Shown: one piece after another, positions 25,153 through 32,000 of the stretch | Position numbering within the stretch: the first letter of the stretch is position 1 | Layout of the letters: each line of letters opens with the position of its first letter | Origin: Caldivirga maquilingensis IC-167 | GTDB taxonomy: Archaea > Thermoproteota > Thermoprotei > Thermoproteales > Thermocladiaceae | Length of the DNA: 32,000 nt | Reading direction: 5' to 3' | Assembly (NCBI RefSeq): GCF_000018305.1 | Contig: NC_009954.1 | Location: forward strand, 660,001 to 692,000 | The notes under the pieces: generated by a model | Told to the model about the DNA's origin: nothing | The model's input: only the letters and a program-made list of their open reading frames with translations | Databases searched by the model: none | Translations under genes and position numbers: made by a program

Positions 25153-25441
25153 TCACTTATGGTGCCTCTTAAAGTCATTATTGAAAGGCAGGTTAAGTGA
25201 ATCAATTAATAATAACCTCCCTCATCCTAGGGATTACGCATAAGAGCCTCTATAAGTAATTTCCCTGCTTCCACTCAAGTATTACTCAAGTACTCCTAGA
25301 CTAATGCATAGGATCTGGTTAACTCATCATTAATATTCATTAAGGTTAACGTGATACTGCATACTTTTAATGTGTCCTATGCTTGGATTAACAGTAATCA
25401 TGGTGTAATAATTATGAATCATCTTTAGATACTACGCATAG

Positions 25442-25451
25442 CTTAAAAATT
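25442..25451 (+). promoter_or_regulatory. TATA-like box (CTTAAAAATT) for the TIM-barrel isomerase gene
   Basis: Centre lies ~27 nt upstream of the ATG at 25474. Confidence 0.5.
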
Positions 25452-25473
25452 ACTCATACTGAGTTGAATAATC

Positions 25474-26388
25474 ATGGGTTCACCGAGGATTAACTTAGCC
25501 TGGTTATACGCAATAACTAAGTACGGTTATCCACCACGTATTACTGACTTCTTCAGTTTCATAGATGATGCTGTTAGGCTTGGTTTTAAGGCGATTGAGC
25601 TTGAGGTTTACGGTGAGGATAACCTGAGAGCTGTTGAGGAGGAGAGGGTTAGGTTAAGGGACTTCATTGAATCCCATGGGTTAAAGGTGGTTAATGTTGC
25701 TGGAATATTCCCTCAACTACTCTCACCAATTGATGGGATTAGGGAGAGGGGGCTTGAATTATTTAGAAGGAGCGTGGAGTTAGCCGTCTTCTTTAATGCT
25801 GACTTAACCCAAACAGACACATTTACACCACCCATTGAGTTCACCGGCCCTAAGCCCTATTCAACGGGAATAGTGTTCGCAGAGAGGTATAGGGTTAGGA
25901 TCCCCACTGACTTCTCATGGAGGGTGTTCTGGAGCCTACTGGTTAATGCCATGAGGGGGTGTTCGAGGATTGCCCTTGATCATGGTTTAAGATTCGCCAT
26001 TGAACCTAGGGTTGGGGAATCAGTGGCTAATAGTGATGCAATGCTTAGGCTCATTGATGAAGTTAACATGGATAACTTCGGGGCTGTACTGGATGTTGGG
26101 CATCTTAATGCTGCTAAGGAGTTGATTCCATTATCCATAGAGAAGCTTGGGGATAAGATACTTTACGTCCATGCCTCAGACAATGATGGTAGGGATAACT
26201 ACCACTGGAGCCCAGGTAGGGGTGTTGTGGATTGGGATGCTGTTTTCGAGGGCTTGAGGAAATTTAATTTCAGAGGCTACGTTGCCATTGATGTTGGTGG
26301 ACAGGACATTAAGGAGAGGCTTGATGAGGAGGTTACGCAGGCTAGGGTGTTTATTGAGGAGGCTGGTTCAAGGCATGGGCTATGGTGA
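25474..26388 (+). CDS. sugar phosphate isomerase/epimerase (xylose isomerase-like TIM barrel family)
   Basis: 304 aa. The spaced blocks KAIELEV, FAIEPR, LDVGHLN and VHASDNDG fit the metal-ligand pattern of the AP-endonuclease-2/xylose-isomerase-like TIM barrel family. Confidence 0.7.
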   Translation: MGSPRINLAWLYAITKYGYPPRITDFFSFIDDAVRLGFKAIELEVYGEDNLRAVEEERVRLRDFIESHGLKVVNVAGIFPQLLSPIDGIRERGLELFRRSVELAVFFNADLTQTDTFTPPIEFTGPKPYSTGIVFAERYRVRIPTDFSWRVFWSLLVNAMRGCSRIALDHGLRFAIEPRVGESVANSDAMLRLIDEVNMDNFGAVLDVGHLNAAKELIPLSIEKLGDKILYVHASDNDGRDNYHWSPGRGVVDWDAVFEGLRKFNFRGYVAIDVGGQDIKERLDEEVTQARVFIEEAGSRHGLW

Positions 26389-26403
26389 GTTTAATTAAGC
26401 CTA

Positions 26404-26835
26404 GTGGTAACTGTTAAATACTGGAGTATTGCCTTAACAAGGATGTTTAACCCCAATGAGGTTAAGAGGATGCTTAAGAGAATGGGGATTAACGTTAACG
26501 TTAAGGATGTTGATGCTGTTAAGGTAGTGGTGGAGTTGAGGGATGGCAGTAGCTTGGAGTTAAGTAACCCAACAGTGGTGCTTCTTGAAATGCCGGGTGG
26601 TGTTTTACTTTACCAGGTTCAGGTTGATAAGAGGGATGTTAAGACTAATCAACCACAGGCGCCGCCGAGGATTGTGGTTAAGGCTCAATCACCTAAGTAC
26701 AGTGAGGATGACATTAGGCTTGTTATGGATCAGACAGGGGTAAGTAGGGATGAGGCCATTAAGGCCCTTGAGGAGGCTAATGGTGACTTAGCCGAGGCAA
26801 TACTGAAACTGCAGAAGTCGGGTCATCACCCTTAA
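26404..26835 (+). CDS. nac: nascent polypeptide-associated complex protein (archaeal NAC), probable true start ATG 26443
   Basis: NAC domain (MFNPNEVKRMLKRMGINV...VVLLEMPGGVLLYQV) plus a C-terminal UBA-like domain (EDDIRLVMDQTGVSRDEAIKALEEANGDLAEAILKL). TTAAATA at 26414-26420 lies 26 nt upstream of the ATG at 26443. The track start at 26404 is GTG. Confidence 0.9.
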   Translation: MVTVKYWSIALTRMFNPNEVKRMLKRMGINVNVKDVDAVKVVVELRDGSSLELSNPTVVLLEMPGGVLLYQVQVDKRDVKTNQPQAPPRIVVKAQSPKYSEDDIRLVMDQTGVSRDEAIKALEEANGDLAEAILKLQKSGHHP

Positions 26836-27537
26836 TTAATACGCATTAGTGCCTAACTTGGCGAAGCGGCATTGATTACGTAGTGGGCATTCAATACACC
26901 TCGGTGTCTCCTTAAGGCACCACTCCTTCCCAGTGGTCACCACACCAGCGTGGAAGAGCTTATACTCATATAGTCCCCTGGGCAGTAGCTTCATTAATGT
27001 AAGCCTCCAATCCTCGTAACCACCCCCCAGGTAACCGTAAATCCTCTTAATTACCCTGATGGTGTATGTTGAGATGGGTATTGTTACCCTATTTAGGGCG
27101 AAGAGCATTATTGAGTCAGCTGTCTCGTAGCCGACACCATCCATTGATAGTAGCATTACCCTAACCTCATCGTCACTAAGCTTACTTAAAGCCCTTAACC
27201 CACCCATTGATGTAATAGTCCTGGCAATCCTCACTAATCTACTAGCCTTAGTGAACCTGAAGTTAACCCCACTCAGTGCATTGGCTAAATCCAGTGGATT
27301 AAGCTCAGCAATAGTCTTAAGTGTGTTTAACCCACCTTGCCTAAGCTTAGCCATGACTTCACTAACCCTCTCCCACTTAGTCTGCTGAACCAGTATGGCT
27401 GATATAATAACCTCCTCGGGACTTAAGGCGCCACCCCACCACTTGGGTGATTCTGGTTCACTAATAAACCACCCATTTTCACTAAGCTTCTCACTAATTT
27501 CCTCAAACACCTTAAGTAAATCCCTAATATTCTCCAT
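26836..27537 (-). CDS. HhH-GPD base-excision DNA glycosylase, endonuclease III-like, with a [4Fe-4S] loop
   Basis: ILVQQTKWERV, the helix-hairpin-helix LLSMDGVGYETAD, and a C-terminal C-x6-C-x2-C-x5-C cluster (CLKETPRCIECPLRNQC). Confidence 0.8.
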   Translation of the reverse strand: MENIRDLLKVFEEISEKLSENGWFISEPESPKWWGGALSPEEVIISAILVQQTKWERVSEVMAKLRQGGLNTLKTIAELNPLDLANALSGVNFRFTKASRLVRIARTITSMGGLRALSKLSDDEVRVMLLSMDGVGYETADSIMLFALNRVTIPISTYTIRVIKRIYGYLGGGYEDWRLTLMKLLPRGLYEYKLFHAGVVTTGKEWCLKETPRCIECPLRNQCRFAKLGTNAY

Positions 27538-27613
27538 ATGCTCCAGTCCCCACGTAGTGGGGGACTTAACATTTATTCACCATTCAGTAATCACGCGTAT
27601 TAACGCCTCCTCT

Positions 27614-29074
27614 TCATTCAATTCTAGGTGGTTTAATGTAATGCTCTAAGTAATCCGGTATAGCCTTCTGTTTAGCCACCTCCCTCATAACCAGGGCGCT
27701 TGGCCTAAAATACCTCCTCTTGGTTGCATAGTCAACGTAAACTAGGCCGAACCTCATCCTATATCCTGCAGCCCACTCCAAGTTATCTATTAGGTTCCAG
27801 TGGAAGTACCCTCTAACATCCACCCCCTCCTCCATGGCCCTGTGAATTTGATACAGGTGCGATACTATGAACCATGACCTCCACTTATCATGCTCATCAG
27901 CTATACCGTTCTCAGTGATGTACATGGGCATCCTATACCTCCTCCATAGGTCCATTAAGACATTGTAAACACCCTCAGGGTATATTTCCCAGCCGAAGTC
28001 ACTGCATGGTCTCCTATCATTAGATACGCCTCCAGGTTCACAGGAGTAGCCGAATCCATCCACCACGGCTACTGATGCCCGACCAGCATCCTGCCTCCTC
28101 CTCAATACGGCCCTAGTGTAGTAGTTTACCCCAATCCAGTCAAGCCTACCCTTCAAGTCATCCCTAGTAACCCCCATTAATTCACCCTTAATTGGAGCGT
28201 CGAAGAATGAGTAGTCAAGTCCCTTAGCCTCCTTAACAGCCTCCTCATCACCCTGCCTAAGCGGCTGATAGTCTGCGAAGGAGTAGACTAGGCCCACTGG
28301 TTTCCTTGAGTAGGCTTTAATGGCGTCGTAGGCTCTGGCATGAGCCTCAATTAAATGCTTACCCGCAGTGGCTAGGGAGTTTAAGTCCAGGTAACCTGGT
28401 GGGAAGCCTGACTTAACGTAAAGGTAACCCTCAGTTATCACTACCCCAGGTTCATTCATCGTATACCACATGTCAGCTAAGTCACCTAACTCATGGGCTA
28501 TGAAGGCTGCGAACTTAGTGAACTCAATAACGGATCTCTTATCAAGCCAACCGGAGGGGGCTCTATCAGGTCCATTCTTCCTAACGGCTATTGGGTCATG
28601 AAGCCACGTAGGCATAGCCCAGTGGTAAAGGTTAATCACCAGTAAACCACCCCTCTCCTTCCAATCACTTAAAATCCCCCTATAGTGATTAACAGCATTT
28701 AAGTCAGCTAGCCTGCGTAACTCCTCTAATGCTGATTCATTAACCTCAACGTCAACCACGTTACCTCCATCATCCTCATCAACCTTAACCTTAACGTCAA
28801 AGGTCGGCTTAGGGAACACCCTAGCCCACTCAATAGTTATCCATGCTGCATCAAGCCCAAGATCCCTAGCTATTGAGTGGTCCTGCTTATACAAGTCCCA
28901 GTAACCTGGCCCATGTTCAGGTAAATCACCGCTAACTAAGCCCGAAGCAATGTTCTCAGGGTCATGAAGCCACACATACCAGTCACTTACGAATTCAGAA
29001 CCAGGGGTACCCATCTCATGCTGAGTACCCACTGTGGAGAAGCCGAATCTGAAGTCGCTTGGGAACTTAATCAT
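27614..29074 (-). CDS. lacS: GH1 beta-glycosidase (LacS-like)
   Basis: The N-terminus FPSDFRFGFSTVGTQHEMGTPGSE...WLHDPENIASGLVSGDLPEHGPGYW closely parallels Sulfolobus LacS. The acid/base residue is in TMNEPGVV and the nucleophile in YITENGIA. Confidence 0.95.
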   Translation of the reverse strand: MIKFPSDFRFGFSTVGTQHEMGTPGSEFVSDWYVWLHDPENIASGLVSGDLPEHGPGYWDLYKQDHSIARDLGLDAAWITIEWARVFPKPTFDVKVKVDEDDGGNVVDVEVNESALEELRRLADLNAVNHYRGILSDWKERGGLLVINLYHWAMPTWLHDPIAVRKNGPDRAPSGWLDKRSVIEFTKFAAFIAHELGDLADMWYTMNEPGVVITEGYLYVKSGFPPGYLDLNSLATAGKHLIEAHARAYDAIKAYSRKPVGLVYSFADYQPLRQGDEEAVKEAKGLDYSFFDAPIKGELMGVTRDDLKGRLDWIGVNYYTRAVLRRRQDAGRASVAVVDGFGYSCEPGGVSNDRRPCSDFGWEIYPEGVYNVLMDLWRRYRMPMYITENGIADEHDKWRSWFIVSHLYQIHRAMEEGVDVRGYFHWNLIDNLEWAAGYRMRFGLVYVDYATKRRYFRPSALVMREVAKQKAIPDYLEHYIKPPRIE

Positions 29075-29325
29075 AGGTTTAATTAACGCTTTGAGTTTAA
29101 TAATGTTTCTATAAATAAGTCATAGTGTTAAATAAATTAATTATATAGTTACTTAATTCACACTAAGCCATTGGTTTACTGCTTGTGGATGCGTGATGGA
29201 TTTAGGCTTTTCCATCACTGGTTTCAGTGCAGGTTACTTGAGGTAACCCTGAATACCCTGCAGTGAAGAATGAGGATAGGGAGTAAAGGAGCCCACAGCA
29301 CGTGCATTGGGTTTAATTTAAAAGC

Positions 29326-29799
29326 GTGTTCATGAGGGACTGGTTAATGAGGGAATTAATAGTACTAATTGATAATGTGTCCAGTGTGGCTAGGGTTGTG
29401 GAATTCGCTAAGGTGGCTTACGGCTTTGGTGTGAAGAACCTAGTGTTAACTCACGTTTACGGTTCAGCAGCACAACAGGGTGTGCCGGAGGCTTTTAAGA
29501 TAGCGTTAAAGTACTCATCAAGCCTAGTAGTACTGCCAACTATTAAGGATGCGGTGGACTTATTTAAACCCGATAACATACTGGTAATTAGGAGACCTGG
29601 GCCGCAGGTTAAGCCATTAACCGAGTTCATGAACATTAATGGAAGGGTAATGCTTGCAGTGGATGGTTCAGATCAAGACATTAGGATTGAGGGAAGTAAC
29701 GTTAACTACGTAACATCCATTACACGCGATGTAGGTAACCTAGGCCAGCTTGCAATAGCCTTATGCCTACTAATGAGTGAATGCCCATCATTTACCTGA
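29326..29799 (+). CDS. hypothetical protein; probable start ATG 29347 (MRELIVLIDN...)
   Basis: 157-aa ORF beginning with GTG. TATA-like TTTAATTTAAAA at 29312-29323 predicts a transcript start near 29344, favouring the ATG at 29347 (or 29332). No motif recognised with confidence. Confidence 0.55.
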   Translation: MFMRDWLMRELIVLIDNVSSVARVVEFAKVAYGFGVKNLVLTHVYGSAAQQGVPEAFKIALKYSSSLVVLPTIKDAVDLFKPDNILVIRRPGPQVKPLTEFMNINGRVMLAVDGSDQDIRIEGSNVNYVTSITRDVGNLGQLAIALCLLMSECPSFT

Positions 29800-29920
29800 G
29801 GATATAGTAAATTAAAGACATTTTGAAAACCATATCTTGGCACTAACCTAAGTATCACTGGCTCTAAACAAAAAATTGTAAATAAAAATTTGATTTTTAA
29901 CTTTTAATTCTTTGCTTTTC

Positions 29921-32000
29921 TCATCTTCTCCTCAACGCTATTATTGCTGCTACTGCTGCTATTACGATTACTATGATTACTATTCCTGCTATTAATGCTG
30001 TTGATACCACTGGTTTTGTGACTGTTACGGTGCTTACTGCTGTGGTTGTTGCTGTGCTAGTCACTGTTGATACTGCAGTGGTTGTAACAGTACTCACCAC
30101 TGTACTAACTGCCGTAGTAGTCACAGTGCTTGTAGTAGTTGAAGTAGTTGCTGATGTAGTCACTGGGGTAGTTGTTGTAGTTGATGTCGTGGTCGTTGAA
30201 GTAGTCGTCGTGGTGGTTGTTGTAGTAGTACTTGTGGTTATTATTGATGGAACATACTCTGAGGTTATGTTGAAGTACTGGGCTAGACAATACCTTAACT
30301 GGTTTAGGTCTGTTAAGTAACTTGGTGTTAAGCCTAGGAATTCCGCGTAATCAGGGTGCTTGATCCATAGGCTACCGTTAACCATGGCCTCAATCAATGG
30401 GGGTACTGCACCAGCTGGGGCGCCACTACCCCAGAAGGCCTCCCATACTGGGGAGCTAATGACCTGATAGTAATAAGCCTCAGCACCGATTATGTATGAG
30501 TTATCTGATGGCATTAACTCAATCCTAAGCCACGGTGGTATGTATTTCTCGCACATGGGGTTAGGCACATTGTAAGCCCAGGTGATTAAGTAATTCTTAG
30601 GACCAATGTTAACCTCAGCCCTCTTCCAACCAACGGGCACTATTGGAACATAGTAATCATACCAGGCGAATAGAACCTTAAGCAATTCATTATACTGGTG
30701 AGTACCTGGTGTTGCGGCATCATATAGCGTGAACCAGTTGGTTAAGTTAATGTACCCAAGAGTTGAGTTAATGCACCAGACTACAGTACCATTGGCAGGT
30801 ACTAGGCTACTATTGGCTGAGGGTGGAAGATGTATTACCACTGGTGTGCATGTTCCATTAGGCCACTGGAATGGCCAAGTATAAATCCCCAATTCAGTAA
30901 CCCATGGTATCCACTCTAATGGTCCCTGGAATGCTAGGCCGGTTGGATCATAGTACCCTCTACCGTAACTCGACAACGTATTGGCGACCTCAAATTGAGC
31001 ACTTGGGAATATGCTGCTCCAGTATGTGCCAGTATCTAAAGCCAATACCTTAGTGGGTATGCCAAATAAGCTTAATTGGGTTGCCCAGCCTTCTGTTATG
31101 GTGGCCCAATCAGTGAAGCCTGAAGGTGTAATTACGGTTAATGTTAATGGTGTACCATTAGGCAGGTACCATTGGTTACCCTTCTTATACATGCCAATGC
31201 TTTCAAGTAACTCAGCGGCTTTAGTGGTATTGTAACTGCATGGTATTATGAACTGCTTAACGCTGGGTGGGTATGTATCAATAGTGGTTGGGAATACTGG
31301 CGCGGGATAGTAAGATGGATAATATGTACCAATACCCCATACTGCAATTGCGGCTGTTAAGTTAACAGCATAGCATAGTGCCTTTCTGAACTGGGTTGTG
31401 TTGAATGGGTAACCGCCAAGTGGATTAATTGCCATGCCTAATTCCCCAAATTCCTCAACCATGTAGGCCAGTAACCCAGACTTATTAACTACCCCAATCT
31501 GCGCCAGTGAAAGAGCCACGGACGACCACGTGGCCTTACCTGATAATAAGCCTGTTAATGCCTGTGTATTACCGAGAACTTGAACATAATCAATTACTGG
31601 GTAATACTGCCAATCCTCGTATGGGAATATATTATACCATTGCCTCAATATGTTAGGTGGCTCAAGCTGTGTAACGAATGTGGCTGTTCCTGGGTAGAAG
31701 GCCACGAAGTAGTATGGTGCAAGTGACCAGCATGGTGGATTCCACGTGGTTACATTATTAGGGCCATAAACTGTTAAGGCGTACGTGGAGTTCATGGTCT
31801 TCAAGGCCTTAACAACAGGTTCCCAGTAAGGCCATGGTGTAGTTATGGGTTCAGTCAGCATGAATAATATGGTTGTTGGACTCCATGCTGTTAATTGAAT
31901 GGATAATGTGTAGTTATTAATAACCCTTATACCATCAGCATTAACATATGGATACCACCAGTCAAATGCCTTAACCCCAATGTAGAATTCAGCGTAAACA
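29921..32000 (-). CDS. ABC-transporter extracellular solute-binding protein (family 5, oligopeptide/oligosaccharide type), C-terminally anchored; N-terminus beyond the window end
   Basis: My translation upstream of the track's Met (31861) stays open to position 32000 (...WWYPYVNADGIRVINNYTLSIQLTAWSPTTILFMLTEP...), so the gene is truncated by the window. The block AAELLESIGMYKKGNQWYLPNGTPLTLTVITPSG...ATQLSLFGIPTKV is typical of family-5 binding proteins. The C-terminus carries an ~80-aa Thr/Ser linker, a TM helix and RRR. Confidence 0.6.
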   Translation of the reverse strand, partial: VYAEFYIGVKAFDWWYPYVNADGIRVINNYTLSIQLTAWSPTTILFMLTEPITTPWPYWEPVVKALKTMNSTYALTVYGPNNVTTWNPPCWSLAPYYFVAFYPGTATFVTQLEPPNILRQWYNIFPYEDWQYYPVIDYVQVLGNTQALTGLLSGKATWSSVALSLAQIGVVNKSGLLAYMVEEFGELGMAINPLGGYPFNTTQFRKALCYAVNLTAAIAVWGIGTYYPSYYPAPVFPTTIDTYPPSVKQFIIPCSYNTTKAAELLESIGMYKKGNQWYLPNGTPLTLTVITPSGFTDWATITEGWATQLSLFGIPTKVLALDTGTYWSSIFPSAQFEVANTLSSYGRGYYDPTGLAFQGPLEWIPWVTELGIYTWPFQWPNGTCTPVVIHLPPSANSSLVPANGTVVWCINSTLGYINLTNWFTLYDAATPGTHQYNELLKVLFAWYDYYVPIVPVGWKRAEVNIGPKNYLITWAYNVPNPMCEKYIPPWLRIELMPSDNSYIIGAEAYYYQVISSPVWEAFWGSGAPAGAVPPLIEAMVNGSLWIKHPDYAEFLGLTPSYLTDLNQLRYCLAQYFNITSEYVPSIITTSTTTTTTTTTTSTTTTSTTTTTPVTTSATTSTTTSTVTTTAVSTVVSTVTTTAVSTVTSTATTTAVSTVTVTKPVVSTALIAGIVIIVIVIAAVAAIIALRRR
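29999..30238 (-). repeat. Thr/Ser/Val-rich low-complexity linker coding region (probable O-glycosylated stalk) with three TTTAVSTV units
   Basis: Encodes TTSTTTTTTTTTTSTTTTSTTTTTPVTTSATTSTTTSTVTTTAVSTVVSTVTTTAVSTVTSTATTTAVSTVTVTKPVVST. The three TTTAVSTV copies use different codons, so the repeat is maintained at the protein level rather than the DNA level. Confidence 0.8.

Noticed and set aside
25273-25292. Tandem ACTCAAGTA repeat (25273-25281 and 25284-25292, 11-bp period) upstream of the ParA-like operon, considered as a centromere-like or operator site.
   Set aside because: A 9-mer recurring within ~20 bp is expected a couple of times by chance in 32 kb, and there are only two copies. 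It is worth remembering if the operon is studied, but the sequence alone does not support it.
29193-29248. Two hairpins in the lacS upstream region: GTGATGGA-10 nt-TCCATCAC (29193-29218) and GGTTAC-TTGAG-GTAACC (29232-29248). The first was also considered as a C box.
   Set aside because: Stems of 6-8 bp are expected by chance at this scale. No D/D' boxes occur at the proper spacing, so it is not a C/D sRNA. A regulatory role is possible but unsupported.
29973-30320. 115-aa Val-rich plus-strand ORF and 61-aa Asn/Tyr/His-rich ORF (30105-30290) over the Thr-rich linker.
   Set aside because: These are mirror-image artefacts of the ACN-rich Thr/Ser linker coding region of the binding protein. Low-complexity sequence keeps the alternative frames open.
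1-32000. Search for CRISPR arrays, rRNA, IS elements, integrases and prophage ends.
   Set aside because: I saw no regularly spaced direct repeats, no rRNA-like conserved stretches, and no transposase or integrase-like ORFs on either strand.

Overview
I read both strands by hand; no database search was possible. The window looks like a compact chromosomal segment of a hyperthermophilic crenarchaeon, probably Thermoproteales-like (Caldivirga/Vulcanisaeta type). That lineage call is an inference from three things: a LacS-like GH1 glycosidase, an archaeal gene set (TmcA, NAC, class II RNR, C/D sRNA), and TATA-like boxes about 26 nt upstream of most start codons, which implies leaderless mRNAs.

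I support about 30 protein-coding genes:
- Central metabolism and housekeeping: aconitase (cut by the window edge and missing from the ORF track), a RimK-type ATP-grasp ligase, UMP kinase, PduO-type cobalamin adenosyltransferase, TmcA, GGPP-type prenyl synthase, a small methyltransferase, B12-dependent ribonucleotide reductase, PfkA-family phosphofructokinase, a class I aminotransferase, NAC and an EndoIII-like glycosylase.
- A sugar-use corner: a TIM-barrel isomerase/epimerase, a GH1 beta-glycosidase, and a C-terminally anchored family-5-like solute-binding protein that runs off the window end.

I saw no rRNA, tRNA, CRISPR array, IS element or integrase. One canonical C/D box sRNA sits at 6259-6307.

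The most interesting locus is an uncharacterised, translationally coupled minus-strand operon (21444-25123). It links a ParA/MinD-type ATPase, two small proteins with no recognisable motif, and a four-TM membrane-anchored HerA/FtsK-superfamily ATPase. A separately promoted 34-aa hyper-acidic micro-ORF follows it.

Other observations:
- two unrelated perfect 24-bp palindromes in divergent promoter regions;
- a phased GTTTCA/TGAAAC repeat cluster upstream of a heavily sequon-loaded secreted protein;
- a 123-codon open frame encoding a 4-Cys protein that has no canonical start codon in its first 74 codons;
- several unusually long ORF-free intergenic regions.
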